Below are positions 55,301 through 63,574 of a DNA stretch of 64,000 nucleotides, piece by piece. The position numbers and the translations under genes are program-made. Position 1 is the first letter of the stretch. The number at the start of each line of letters is the position of its first letter. The notes below the pieces were generated by a model. It did not search any database, was not told the DNA's origin, and saw nothing but the letters and a program-made list of their open reading frames with translations. Source of the DNA: Phoronis australis (Eukaryota > Animalia > Phoronida). The stretch lies in contig NMRA01000634.1 in NCBI GenBank assembly GCA_002633005.1, positions 124,001 to 188,000 of the forward strand, written 5' to 3'.

Positions 55301-58300
55301 GCCAGCAAACACTAAATTAGCATGAGCTCACACGGCCTCGGTGTCCCGTAAATTGAGTTTTATTGCACCTAAAGCCGGTAACGCAGTGATTTATTCATTG
55401 CTGGCTTCTCAAATCATTTGCACCCACGAACACTCCAAAGGCATTACAAATTGCATCTAATGAGACAGACTTTGTTTCGGTTTTATATAAGTATTGGTTA
55501 GGTTGAGAATAATTCATTTTGAAACAGAACGCTCAGTAATAAACGCCAACATGGCAACTCGCAATCCCGACTTAGGACGAACTACTAGAGCTCATCAGTC
55601 CCGACTTCGCAGGTGGATCGTTAAGTTTTACAGGCTATTAATTCGAACAGGAATATAGTGATGAAGAAATACTAGAGAGGTGCCGTGAACAAGCGAAGAC
55701 AACGGAACGTATGGAGTTATTTGGTAAGCCGGCATTCGTCAGTCCCTGTCGACGTCTGCAAGCCACAGACACGGAGGTGTTTCAAGGCCTCATACTTGCT
55801 ATTTACAGCGTACATTTCATTCTTCACTACCATGAGCCACTTTCTAAGCATTTCAGACTCTCAAGGAAGTAAAATAAAAACGATATACCCGCTTTCCTCG
55901 CAGCTGCTTAGTTCGGACAAGCGGGAACGATGCCCTGCAACATAGTTTTGCTCTCATCACTTCGAGGAGTCCGTGTTGATGAATGAAGAACAAGCTAGTA
56001 TTGAATGGAGTGCCCGAGCAATATTTGATGTCCCGAATCCACCAAAAATGAAGATGTTAAAAAGTTCTCCGGAAATTATATTACAGCTCTGGAATAGGCT
56101 TTTTTGCATTTCTGATTATCGTCTCACAAAGCAAGTACTGGAACATCACGTGTAGAGAGGACAATTAGTCAAAATCTGGTTTTCCTATTTTGCTAAGGTT
56201 GATCAGATTGAAACATTTCATGAATGGTTAAGCCTGTGATTTGGAGAGAGCCAAAGTGAAACTGATGGATCTTTCAGAGTCTGAATGGTGGGCTGAAATT
56301 TTGTTAAACCCAAACTATCCGTATCATTTTACTTCTCGATGACAAACACCTCTGTGAGTAAATTAGTTTTCAGCTTTACTTATAACGCATTTCTTTGGCG
56401 AAAAGTGTCGTTGTTTACTAGTGAATTAATAGAGAGTGACAAGGTTGGTCAGATTTTCTTGTTGTATTGGTTTATATGTTGGCTATTTTGTACGTTTTTT
56501 GGAGATTGTGATTAATTTAAGCCCCAGTTGTGGCTAGGTAACACATATGATCTTGTGGTCTGGCTTTCACTTACCTGAAATACTTGCTGTTATTGATAAT
56601 AGGAACAGTGGGTTTATAAAATTAAATTTTGGTTTTATCATCCGAGTCACTCTTTTTAATTCAGTTTTGTATGAAGCTATGTGGGTAGTGAATATTTTGA
56701 TTGCTGTTCAGTACCTTAATTCTTTGTCATGACATTTTGAACTTGGACTAGTTATGAGTGATATACTCAATGTTACTTCGTTTTGTAAGTTGTGAGCTAT
56801 TCTACAAATTAGCAACTGACTAACTCACTTGTAACTGTTGGTGATTATATTGGGAGAGTGGAATCGAGTTTACACTACACTGGCATGTCTAAGAAATAAT
56901 GGAATGTTCTAAAATTATATTACGATTTTGTTGTAGTGACGAATTGCTTTAGTTTCTTCTTCTTACTTGTGTAACACCCACTGCACAAAACAATTGTTTG
57001 CATTGCTAGTATCCTGGCCTGGTGCATTGAATAGGGAACACATGGGAAATTGTTGGGTGGAGATGAAACCAGCTGGGAGCTGGGAGCAACATGTTTGTCA
57101 ATGGTCAGGGGAGCAACCAAAATGTGTGACGATGGGAGGGGCTCAACTCCCTTGTGGCATACCCCATTGGTTTTTACCCGTTTAGCACTCCTCCCATGTA
57201 ACCACCTTGGGAGGGGGTCAACACCCATTTGGCGCGCACCTGGTTTTTGCTTGGTATCCCCTTAGCTGGCACCTGGAAGGAATTCCCCTATGAACCCCCC
57301 GGAGCAATCATTCATATGATGTAGTCCATGGAGGTATGAACTGTTATAAGGAACGATAATTGCCTTGTTAAGAACTCAAACATGAAACAAAACCATGATG
57401 GATTTTGAAGGGAGCTTCACTTAAATATTGATTAAAATACACATTTTCGTTCTCACTCGATTATAAGTGGATGTTAGTTTATATATTCTAACCATTTTCA
57501 ATCGCACAGTAATTTTATTGCCTGTTGAATGTCATTAAAGTATGAATTTATCAGTGTTTACATTGTTCGAACTGCGCTCCTAACTAAGTGTTGATTATTC
57601 ACCGCTTGGGGCGCTAGTGTTTCGATCGGTAACCATTGCGGCGAATGGCAAAATGGCGGAGTGAACTCTCCTACTCTACTACACTCCTTGCTAAGGTGGT
57701 AGACAGAACCCGTCTGCATAAGAAACTTTGGTCTTGTTCGTTTTGTGTGGTAATAAAACACTGGCTGAAATAAATCAAACTATCGTGGACTAAAACGGGT
57801 GTTTTTATCTATCAAATTGCATGGCTTCTGAAATTGGATTTTCCGTGAAAAAAATCGCTACTGTCGTTTGTTCACGAAAAAATACGATAAATATTAGCCA
57901 AAATACGATGTCATTGTTTCTCTTGGGCTTACCAAGGGAAGTGTGTTTACTGTAATGCCGGATACACAGTTGGTTTATGACCTGTGAGCGTCAACAAAAG
58001 ATTGCAAGAACGCTTTAACAATAAAAACTTGTTACCTGATACTGACAACTCCGTTCGTCTGGAGTTGAAACTGTACGGGGTACATTGTTGACTATACCAA
58101 GAAACTACTCATGTTAAAAAAGACAATGGAAAATACTTAGGGACACATCTTTAAATTCGAGCTGGCACATTTCATTCAAACAATCCGAGAAAGGTGTTAA
58201 GTGTGTGGACAGTTTCCCTCCGTGTGACAAATACCACGCAAACTCATGAAATATGACGTTGCTTACGTAAACTGTAACAATGGTACATTTCTCTCATGTG

Positions 58301-61300
58301 CATTCGAAGTAAGTTGTAACATTTACATAAAATGTAACAAGTTGTTACATTTAAGGAGAGGCCTAGCAACGTAAAATGTAACAATGACATAAAATGTAAC
58401 AGTTGTTACATTTTACGACATTGTTACATTTTACGGCGTGTCAGCGCACATGTGTGGTAGGACCAATTTTCAGAACATCATTATTTTTGGAACACAGGTT
58501 AGTTTCAGTGAGACAAAACTGCGGGTGAATCTTTGAGTGCAGTTCAGTGTGTGAATTGAGTTTAGACAATGGGCGGCGTACCATAGGGGGTTGGGGGGCC
58601 GCATAGCCCCCCCGCCACTTTTTCATTGTCCCGCTGCTCATGGTCACATGGGACGCGAACCATAAGGGGCACTCATGTAGACGGTGTAAGTACTTCGGGA
58701 AACTCGTGTATGTTCGTAACACAATGATAGATATAGTGAGCATTGTGTTTAAGGATCGTACAGTGGACGTGCTAGGGCACTGACAACGTGTGATAGCTTG
58801 TGACCGGCGTAGTCATGAGCAGACGGTCAACTGTAGGGCTGCGTCTGAGGGAACTGGCAATGAAAAAGCGCTCTATTCCAACATGACTGAAAATACATTT
58901 GTTGAATACAACGGAATGATACGCATACTTACTTTACAATATACCATAAGAAGTTAATGAATATGGAACACTATATTAAATATTCCTATCACTGTAACAG
59001 TCGGGTTTCTTTGCTGTTTTTGGGTCGTGACCTACTGGACCTGGTCCGCCGCCGGGCGGCAGCGTAAGCATCACAATGGTCTCGCTGGTTCCTTGCGTGC
59101 TTAGCCCAGCCAGCACGCGCAGGTATCCCGCAGTGGCACACGCTTTAGCATTGTTCGATGTAACCTCGGCAGTCATTTGTTAGCTTTACAACACCGTGAA
59201 AAATGGCGGCCTGTGAACGATTTTTAGTCTTGTCATGCAAGTGGCGTCGCAGCAACTGTTTCGTTTCTGCTAGTGTGATGTTTAATAGCCGCGTGCTTGG
59301 CACATACCGGTACATGTACAATAAACACATATCTGGCCGATTTAACCGGTGTGTTATTCATACTGTATGAATGTATGAATACAGGACACTATCGTAAACA
59401 AAGGTCATCAACAGTAGAAAGATGCAATCCGAAAGGGCGCAATCATAATTTCTACTAGGCTTCACATTTCCTGAACATGAATTTTAAGCACCGACCACAG
59501 TTACACTTCAGTCCATCAGTCATGACAGTTTGTTTGAGTAAAGTGCTGCCTGTTGAGAATTCGACTAGCCAATCAGAAACGCCGGTGTAAAACAATTTCC
59601 CGAGGAAAATTAAGCGATACCTGCGTGCTGGCGCGGCTACCGCCCCACCTAGCGGCACGCAGGGAAACAGTGAGCACAATGGGTCGCATCCCAAGCGACA
59701 CCTGTCGGACGTTCCCTCTACTAAAATTTGGCGACCTCAAATCCTTAATGGCGAGCTGAGATTTTACCCAACTCGTCAATTGCATTTTGGGCATTTTCTT
59801 AACATCGGACGCTGCTGTTCTAGCAAATACGATATCAAAATATGTGTCTTGAATTAAACTTTCTCGTAGTGCAACAATTTTGTTATTCCTTAGTGAAGTT
59901 ATTCTGAAAATTATGAAGGGGGCGTTACTTTTTTAGTAGTTTACAATATCACTGATTGGTAGCTACCGCTATAATTTGCCAGTGTCAACTTCAAAACAAA
60001 CGGTTACCAGACAGATTACGGGATATTAAAGGTCGAATATCCGACTGCCAGTGATAATAGAACACGAGTACGTTATTCGAGCTTTGATAGATTAAGAATT
60101 GTTTGAAGGTGCTTACAAATCGCACGTCATCAGTTTTTCGTTTCGTTCCAGGTAAAACGTTTATGTGCCACATCAGTTACTCAGACCGCTTTGTTGTCTC
60201 TGAGTACAAATCGGGCAACACGCATGTCGAGCATTTTATTTTTGACAGTTATCGAGGTAAGTGTGAATGAATTGTCTTGATGTTATTGTTTAGGATACTG
60301 GTATGTGTATGTTTGCCCCTGGAGCCCTCCCTCTTTACATATGTGGGTGCAGTGACAGACTGGCCTTTCAAATGTTGGGAAAAGGCGACTTTAAAGGAAA
60401 ATGCCACCCGATTTAATTAGTCTTTTTTGCCGTCTTAATCGGTCTATATCCATATCGCCTCGCATACGGTCGACCTTACCTTGCCAAGAGGTGTCGCGTT
60501 AACCTGTGAGGAAGGTGAGAAACGACGCTAGCGACGTCAGTGGTTCATATGCAGAGTGAATGTCGCTATGTTGCGGTGCATCGTTCCCGCTTGTCCGAAC
60601 TAAGCAGCTGCGAGGACAGCGAGTATATCGTTTTTTTTACTTCCTCGAGAGTCCGAAATGCTTAGGAAGTGGCTCAGCAACTATGAGGCCGCGAAACATC
60701 TCCGTGTCTGTGGCCTGAAGACGTCGACAGTGCCTGACGAACTTATGCCGGCTTACGAAATAACTCCATACGTTCCGTTGTCTGAGCTTGTTCACGGCGC
60801 CTCTCTAATATTTCGTCATCACTGTATTCCTGTTCGAAATGATATCCTGTAAATCTTAACGATCCATCTGCGAAGTCGGGACTGATGAGCTCTAGCTCGT
60901 CCTAGGTCGGGATTTAGTTGCGAGTTGCCATGATGTTGGCGTTTATTACTGAGCGTTCTGTTTCAAAATGAATTATTCTCACCCTAACCAATACTTATAT
61001 AAAACTAAAACAAAGGCTGTCTCATTACATGCAATTTGTAATGCCTTTGGAGTGTTCGTGAGTGCAAATGATTTGAGAAGCCAGCAATGAATAAATCACT
61101 GCGTTACCGGCTTTAGGTGCAATAAAACTAATTGACGGGACACCGAGGCCGTGTGAGCTTATGCTAATTTAGTGTTTGCTGGCAAAAACTGTTGTGAAAC
61201 AACTCGATTTCCATCCCATAGCCATTTATTAGGGGAATCTTTATTTACATTTCCATTACTCAAATATGAATTGTCAATTTACAACTTCTGCCCTGACGGT

Positions 61301-63574
61301 GCTGAATTCGCGGCCCCCGATGCGAGTAAGTCTAAACAACACAGATCTAGGTTCTCCTGTCTGTATCTCACGGAAGATACTTCGAAATTATCTCCGAACA
61401 GACCCCAAACTCAAGTCCTGCTACGGACCTTATTGGCCGCCGAACTTTGTAGGCTACGGTGTGTCCAAATAGGCCTACCAATAAATTCGTAAGAGCGAAA
61501 TAAAACAACACGTTTTTATAAGAACTCCGTGTATTTTCAAGGGTTTTACATCGAAGTTTGATGATTTATTGGTGTTAAACGATGACTTCAAGCGATAAGC
61601 TGAAACCAGTAACCCGTGTTGTGAACTGCTGAAGAGACTGTGTGTGAAACTGATGACGTCATTGGATAATTTCAACACCTCCGTCTGCCGTCAGGTGTCA
61701 GCTAACGCAACCGTACCTGTCGTTATGGAGTAGAACTACTCGATCTAAATTGATACAAGTTAGGTTGTTTTTGGGTGGCATGCTCCTTTGATATGCTAGA
61801 TAACTTTGAATATTGATTTTAACGGAATCAAACTACAAAGAAAAGAAATATTTTACATAATCGCATTCAAGCTGAATAACACGAAAGTTTTGCCACACAG
61901 TCTTACAGTCAACACAATATTCTCAGCCGGAAGTTATTATCTTGAGTTTCTACACCGTTTCATCAAACAATCCCATGGTGTCATGTACGAAGTACGCTCT
62001 GTCACAGCGCCACCTATATGGAAATGTAGCACTGGGAAAGAGCGTTGTTGCTTGGAAGCTGCTCTACTCGACATCGTATGTAAACCAGGCATCACGTAGT
62101 GTAATGTGATATTGCACGGTAGAACACGCCTCAGTTTCTTTTTACATATATACATATTATCATTGGTAAACAAATACAAAAACACAAACAATAACATCCA
62201 TTCGTACACGCATGTGTACATCAAGAAAGACTATTCTGGTATAAAGTAAGTTACTGCTACATGGAGTTAACGTGAACACTTAAATTTCCCATTCCCCAGA
62301 AAAGCTGTCATTCACAAAATTTTATACGCAAATTAGTTTTCACCATTGTAGTACTCGTGAGTAAACGTAACAATGAGTAATTGCTAAAGGCATGCAAGGA
62401 GAATAGCTATTAACACTTTTAAATTTACTTTGGAATATACTTTTTGAAACCTTGTTAAACAGAAACGACAACTTTATATTCTCATGCGCGCACCCAGCCT
62501 TTAATATGGGGGCTCAAATTTCTGACGATGTGGACCTTCTACTAAAAAAAAGCGTGAGGACTAAAAACAAAAACAGGGTACCATATTCAGAGCTGTGAAT
62601 TGTGCGTTTGCGCCTTTTTAGTGGATTTTTGTCTCGTTTTCTTGGACCTTTCGTTTCTCTGAGGCGGAACTTTTTGCGCACTTCGCCAAAATGTGACCCC
62701 CCCGGGTGCGCGCATGATTCTACTAAGTTGGTTTTCACAACAAACCCGTTTATCATATGGTTTAAACTAAAAACTCGCCATCAGAGGTATACATATCTCT
62801 GATAAATCTTAAGCCTTTCACAAACCAAGACATAACAATGACTTCTCTCTGATCCCTAAAGTTACTATTAAACCACAAAGGTTGATCTAAAAAGTCTACT
62901 TTACGGGCAACGATTATTTTCTCATAAAACTTTGTCATACTTCCAAATACATAGCACCTATACGATTTATCAATAAGAGTGAATTTCTACTTAATAAAGG
63001 CTTCTTCAAATGAAGCAAAATTGTTTAAACACGGGTAGAGTGAGTATAGTAACTGGCAATTTTCAGACGTAGGGCTAATTCAAGATATCTACTGGCCATG
63101 GCAAGTTTTAAAGCTTTGCTGAAAGTATGTATATTGACCACTTGAAGTCCCCCCTGATCTAGTCCTAAATAGGCCGTAGTTCGTTGAATTAATATTTATG
63201 TATTACGAAAAATACAATATACAATAATAATGGTTAAGCCTAGAAAGCGCTGGAAAGCATTGTAACTGGACGTAAAACAGTCATTGACACATGGTTGCTA
63301 TTTTATGATTATCATTGATCATCAGGAAATTACGTGAAGGACTCTTTCCTGAGAATAACCAGGCACGCAATTAAGGGCTGCAATTTTGCCACTTACTGGA
63401 GCAAGACTGTAAACCAGTGCATGCAACTGTGTTTCGACAACCCTGCTTGCAAGTCCTTCGACTACATACCCTCAGATGGCACTTGCTATCTGGGAACTGT
63501 ATCTCGGCACACAGCATCCAGGCTGTTCGCAAACTACGCCGTGTATGATTACTACGAGTTTACCGGCAGGCGAG
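7277..63574 (+). CDS. Multi-exon gene (18 exons in window, 3' incomplete): secreted PAN/apple + C-type lectin(SUEL insert) + resistin-like mosaic protein
   Basis: Exons 7277-7328, 8158-8394, 11123-11377, 11720-11897, 12446-12549, 15703-15836, 18792-18951, 31422-31517, 32769-32840, 34020-34247, 35707-35853, 37063-37181, 37535-37673, 39080-39331, 42167-42238, 42810-42956, 60152-60256, 63326-63574. All are AG/GT-bounded, phases match at every junction, and the 2746 nt join without a stop. Confidence 0.88.
8158..8394 (+). CDS. Exon 2: PAN/apple domain 1
   Basis: YYFIKYSRKSVDTSPGDEETHWSVTLSQCERLCAQWSPCKSFTYSGGEGICTLYKQDRNYFIGAGDYVTQSGVDFHDR; ttaacag| and |gtaagt; phase 1-1. Not in the ORF track. 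Confidence 0.9.
8969..9915 (+). mobile_element. Degenerate mariner (DD34D-type) transposon fragment
   Basis: Starts TA+CGAGGT. Relic translations DWHKRFTDAKDSLKDD and VITSSDELRIYSSYSKTKFYSSQVTSPPFARPKKQR correspond to the mariner WHKRF..GR.SLEDD and ITGDETW.Y.YDPETK.QS motifs. Confidence 0.65.
10148..10623. mobile_element. MITE with imperfect long TIRs
   Basis: gagaac..tgtgtaatgcactcgtcatacgagtg at the left is inverted at the right as cactcgtatgaccagtgcattacaca..gttctc. Confidence 0.5.
11123..11377 (+). CDS. Exon 3: PAN/apple domain 2 (6 Cys)
   Basis: TSCYFDNIDKSKL...VCQQHCLNETTFDCKSVNYYASTSTCELN...YYGKICPDN; tttcag| and |gtaagc; phase 1-1. Confidence 0.92.
11720..11897 (+). CDS. Exon 4: C-type lectin domain, N-terminal part
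   Basis: CRSGWYTWRGQCYKFATEKASVQSNNAWLNAVDGCAAESSVLTSINSAQEMDFIKFLA; phase 1-2. Confidence 0.92.
12446..12549 (+). CDS. Exon 5: C-type lectin domain, middle (WIGL region)
   Basis: KYYPTSKFYIGLSYGIHGNEWIDGSATFFTNFDH; ttgcag| and |gtaagt; phase 2-1. Confidence 0.9.
14180..14743 (-). mobile_element. Degenerate SGNH-hydrolase-like ORF, probably from a DIRS/Ngaro-type retroelement
   Basis: Frameshifted motifs in order: MSPRVFILGSSYVRWL, LGISGG, FLQIGGND, RRVLVGQ, FLWTHKRGSW. The segment is GC-richer than its surroundings. Confidence 0.5.
15703..15836 (+). CDS. Exon 6: SUEL/rhamnose-binding lectin domain, N-half
   Basis: HGVTKKVVCYPNQLSLKCPIGKVLRIHKANYGRTSSNVPNCGVN contains the ANYGR motif; ttacag| and |gtaagt; phase 1-0. 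Confidence 0.92.
18792..18951 (+). CDS. Exon 7: SUEL/rhamnose-binding lectin domain, C-half
   Basis: KYMVDCISPSSFTIIHNACHNKTSCSVELSETVFGDPCVGENKYMEVDYDCVE contains the FGDPC..KY motif; phase 0-1. Confidence 0.92.
19079..19423 (-). repeat. 3' LTR
   Basis: Direct repeat of 24054-24411; by eye about 10 substitutions plus 12-bp and 1-bp indels. Confidence 0.95.
19525..20640 (-). pseudogene. Gypsy reverse transcriptase and RNase H (frameshifted)
   Basis: MPFGLVNS...HYVDDIL; GYYRKFIPNFAEIAVPL...QTDASDTGIG...YSVIERECLA...TDHQPL...ADYLSR. Confidence 0.92.
20641..22239 (-). pseudogene. Gypsy integrase (located upstream of RT), running into the RT N-terminus
   Basis: HESIVGGHLG...CRSCGICQ zinc finger; IAVDL, RDCGTQF, GLCERING catalytic core; GPY/F module. 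Confidence 0.92.
22264..23924 (-). pseudogene. Gypsy gag (SCAN-like capsid, CCHC) and protease, frameshifted near the 5' end
   Basis: LRDLLIREQFL...FLRERKPKT SCAN-like segment, CFNCHRKDHLARDC knuckle, MRDTGCS protease. Confidence 0.9.
24035..24051 (-). other. Primer-binding site, tRNA-Pro-like
   Basis: Minus strand TGGGGGCCAGTCCGGGA immediately inside the 5' LTR, close to the canonical PBS-Pro TGGGGGCTCGTCCGGGAT. Confidence 0.75.
24054..24411 (-). repeat. 5' LTR
   Basis: TG...CA termini, adjacent to the PBS, direct repeat of 19079-19423. Confidence 0.95.
26338..26520 (+). mobile_element. Degenerate YqaJ-like exonuclease fragment (ISL2EU/Harbinger-related transposon relic)
   Basis: PPVLHGTMYKPVALEKCE...RGLFECEEALHLAATSATLVGEES resembles HG..YEP.A...GLF......LAA(S/T)PDGLV, with the catalytic PDG eroded. 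Confidence 0.5.
29384..30558. mobile_element. PIF/Harbinger-like non-autonomous element
   Basis: TIR CAGCCGATTTCATAAAG / CTTTATGAAATCGGCTG, 3-bp TSD TTG on both sides, subterminal arrays of agaccaggtttaa. Confidence 0.75.
29768..29926. mobile_element. Mini-MITE nested in the Harbinger-like element
   Basis: TIR CAGGGGCGGATCCAGG / CCTGGATCCGCCTATG with a 5-bp TSD CGTAG. Confidence 0.75.
31422..31517 (+). CDS. Exon 8: C-type lectin domain, C-terminal part
   Basis: LNTCTLLDPLAGFAWKDVSCNKSDVGFVCKK fits the C...WxD..C....F(I/V)C pattern; ttgcag| and |gtgagg; phase 1-1. Confidence 0.9.
32769..32840 (+). CDS. Exon 9: start of resistin-like repeat 1
   Basis: RQTYSPLDCTSVSGNNQTATCPK (C-X11-C); ttccag| and |gtaacg; phase 1-1. 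Confidence 0.85.
34020..34247 (+). CDS. Exon 10: rest of resistin-like repeat 1 and start of repeat 2
   Basis: FPQGVACRCSCANGRWKHYRRICDCSLCSSNAVSVARCCKPHSGYSPGPDYRASVECVENRQTPLIAGPSATCPS; tttcag| and |gtaggt; phase 1-1. Confidence 0.87.
35707..35853 (+). CDS. Exon 11: rest of resistin-like repeat 2
   Basis: FPTATDCSCGDCSTDFEIINDNTCKCSSATTNWAAAQCCRIVYMPRST; tttcag| and a weak donor |gttgtt; phase 1-1. Confidence 0.85.
37063..37181 (+). CDS. Exon 12: PAN domain 3, N-half
   Basis: AYLVERYLSIDGIVIDGQDDWTPLGVTSKEKCLQACENQ; phase 1-0. Confidence 0.85.
37535..37673 (+). CDS. Exon 13: PAN domain 3, C-half
   Basis: AGCNSVEFKSSDSACRLSGSAIKHVGLSGLLQQQSGYTYYERLDGE; phase 0-1. Confidence 0.88.
38647..38835. 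repeat. Small foldback element
   Basis: Termini cggtgactc...gagtcaccg, with internal gttccgccc..cagattag units mirrored on the opposite strand. Confidence 0.5.
39080..39331 (+). CDS. Exon 14: PAN domain 4
   Basis: DIKNYFHKFDGVYLSG...TLTSCMTICLEDRSCKSTDFDLSTKTCYLRDG...YYHFDLITSTP; phase 1-1. Confidence 0.92.
39589..40973 (+). mobile_element. P-element-like non-autonomous transposon with a THAP relic
   Basis: TIR CAAGGAGT..TAGGAGAGTTC / GAACTCTCCTA..ACTCCTTG; imperfect 7-bp flanks gtcgtgg / gtcgtaa; GKGAFCSAINYC...KIPEVSFCTFPK (THAP N-terminus-like) at about 39706-39805. Contains an N at 40495. Confidence 0.6.
42167..42238 (+). CDS. Exon 15: short two-cysteine module
   Basis: PFFTCDTVKSSATDANQFSCGPI; polypyrimidine tttcag| and |gtatat; 72 nt, phase 1-1. 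Confidence 0.7.
42457..42600. mobile_element. Two adjacent G-rich mini-MITE copies
   Basis: catgggcggcg...cgccgcccatg (42457-42525) followed by a partial copy; a related copy is at about 58568-58642. Confidence 0.5.
42810..42956 (+). CDS. Exon 16: PAN domain 5, N-part
   Basis: TWMDHFTYVQAAMLGGNDDELPNSDKNSCLNQCHNSASCRTIDYNDNL; phase 1-1. Confidence 0.9.
43412..44293 (+). pseudogene. Degenerate, internally deleted Tc1 (DD34E) transposase
   Basis: FGVSGSTV*RLFRKYRDSGAVPDFPRNGRSRAT (HTH/GRPR region) and DDNAWPHRAR...PATSPELNLTEQLWDQLGRRV...IQRLIKSM...GGDSTRY*. Confidence 0.85.
46418..47617. repeat. Tandem duplication of about 600 bp joined at an N (probable haplotype or assembly overlap)
   Basis: 46418-47023 and 47027-47617 are near-identical with reciprocal indels; N at 47024. 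Confidence 0.8.
49340..50522 (-). mobile_element. Inverted copy of the 1356-2591 element family
   Basis: Shared blocks in reverse orientation (gacagtcctgaa, gtagaccacgagc, cgccctgggatttcagcaca, gatagcaatgcacca) and a TIR-like end gcgcatattagggcaaata. Confidence 0.6.
52408..52582. repeat. Degenerate (AAT)n microsatellite
   Basis: Long imperfect aat/agt runs. Confidence 0.85.
54453..55945 (-). mobile_element. Kolobok-like non-autonomous element, truncated copy, inverted relative to 60395-61787
   Basis: Begins tcaa|AGGAGCATGCCACCC; more than 1 kb is colinear in reverse with 60570-61787 (ORFs 54563-54766 and 61475-61678 are near-identical). Confidence 0.7.
56040..56320 (+). mobile_element. Highly degenerate non-LTR retrotransposon ORF2 C-terminal fragment
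   Basis: LQLWNRLFCISDYRLTKQV and CDLERAKVKLMDLSESEWWAEIL resemble post-RT motifs of invertebrate LINEs. Confidence 0.4.
57040..57690 (+). mobile_element. Right part of a second copy of the P-like element
   Basis: Colinear with about 40240-40973, ending gaactctcctactctactacactccttg. Confidence 0.7.
57691..58443 (-). mobile_element. Second, inverted and truncated copy of the TG...CA aaaatgtaac element
   Basis: Reverse match to 47688-48100 joined directly to a reverse match of 50690-51000; ends gttacattttacggcgtgtca. Confidence 0.7.
60152..60256 (+). CDS. Exon 17: PAN domain 5, C-part
   Basis: KTFMCHISYSDRFVVSEYKSGNTHVEHFIFDSYR supplies the missing fourth Cys; tttcgttccag| and |gtaagt; phase 1-1. 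Confidence 0.85.
60395..61787 (+). mobile_element. Kolobok-like non-autonomous element, complete
   Basis: ttaa|AGGAAAATGCCACCC ... GGGTGGCATGCTCCT|ttga; AGG termini with TTAA-like flanks are Kolobok hallmarks. Confidence 0.7.
63326..63574 (+). CDS. Exon 18: PAN domain 6 (gene continues beyond the window)
   Basis: NYVKDSFLRITRHAIKGCNFATYWSKTVNQCMQLCFDNPACKSFDYIPSDGTCYLG...YDYYEFTGRR; |gtaagt; phase 1-1. Confidence 0.92.

Larger units (their letters stand above)
42963..59941 (+). mobile_element. Tc1 element inflated to about 17 kb by nested insertions
   Basis: Left end TA+aacttctcaaaaagtaacacccccttca and right end (reverse complement) TA+aactactaaaaaagtaacgcccccttca match at 27/30; TA TSD; Tc1 transposase relic inside. 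Confidence 0.75.

Noticed and set aside
61806-62099. Cys-containing ORF as an additional exon
   Set aside because: No recognisable domain pattern and no convincing phase-1 donor; exons 17 and 18 already join in frame.
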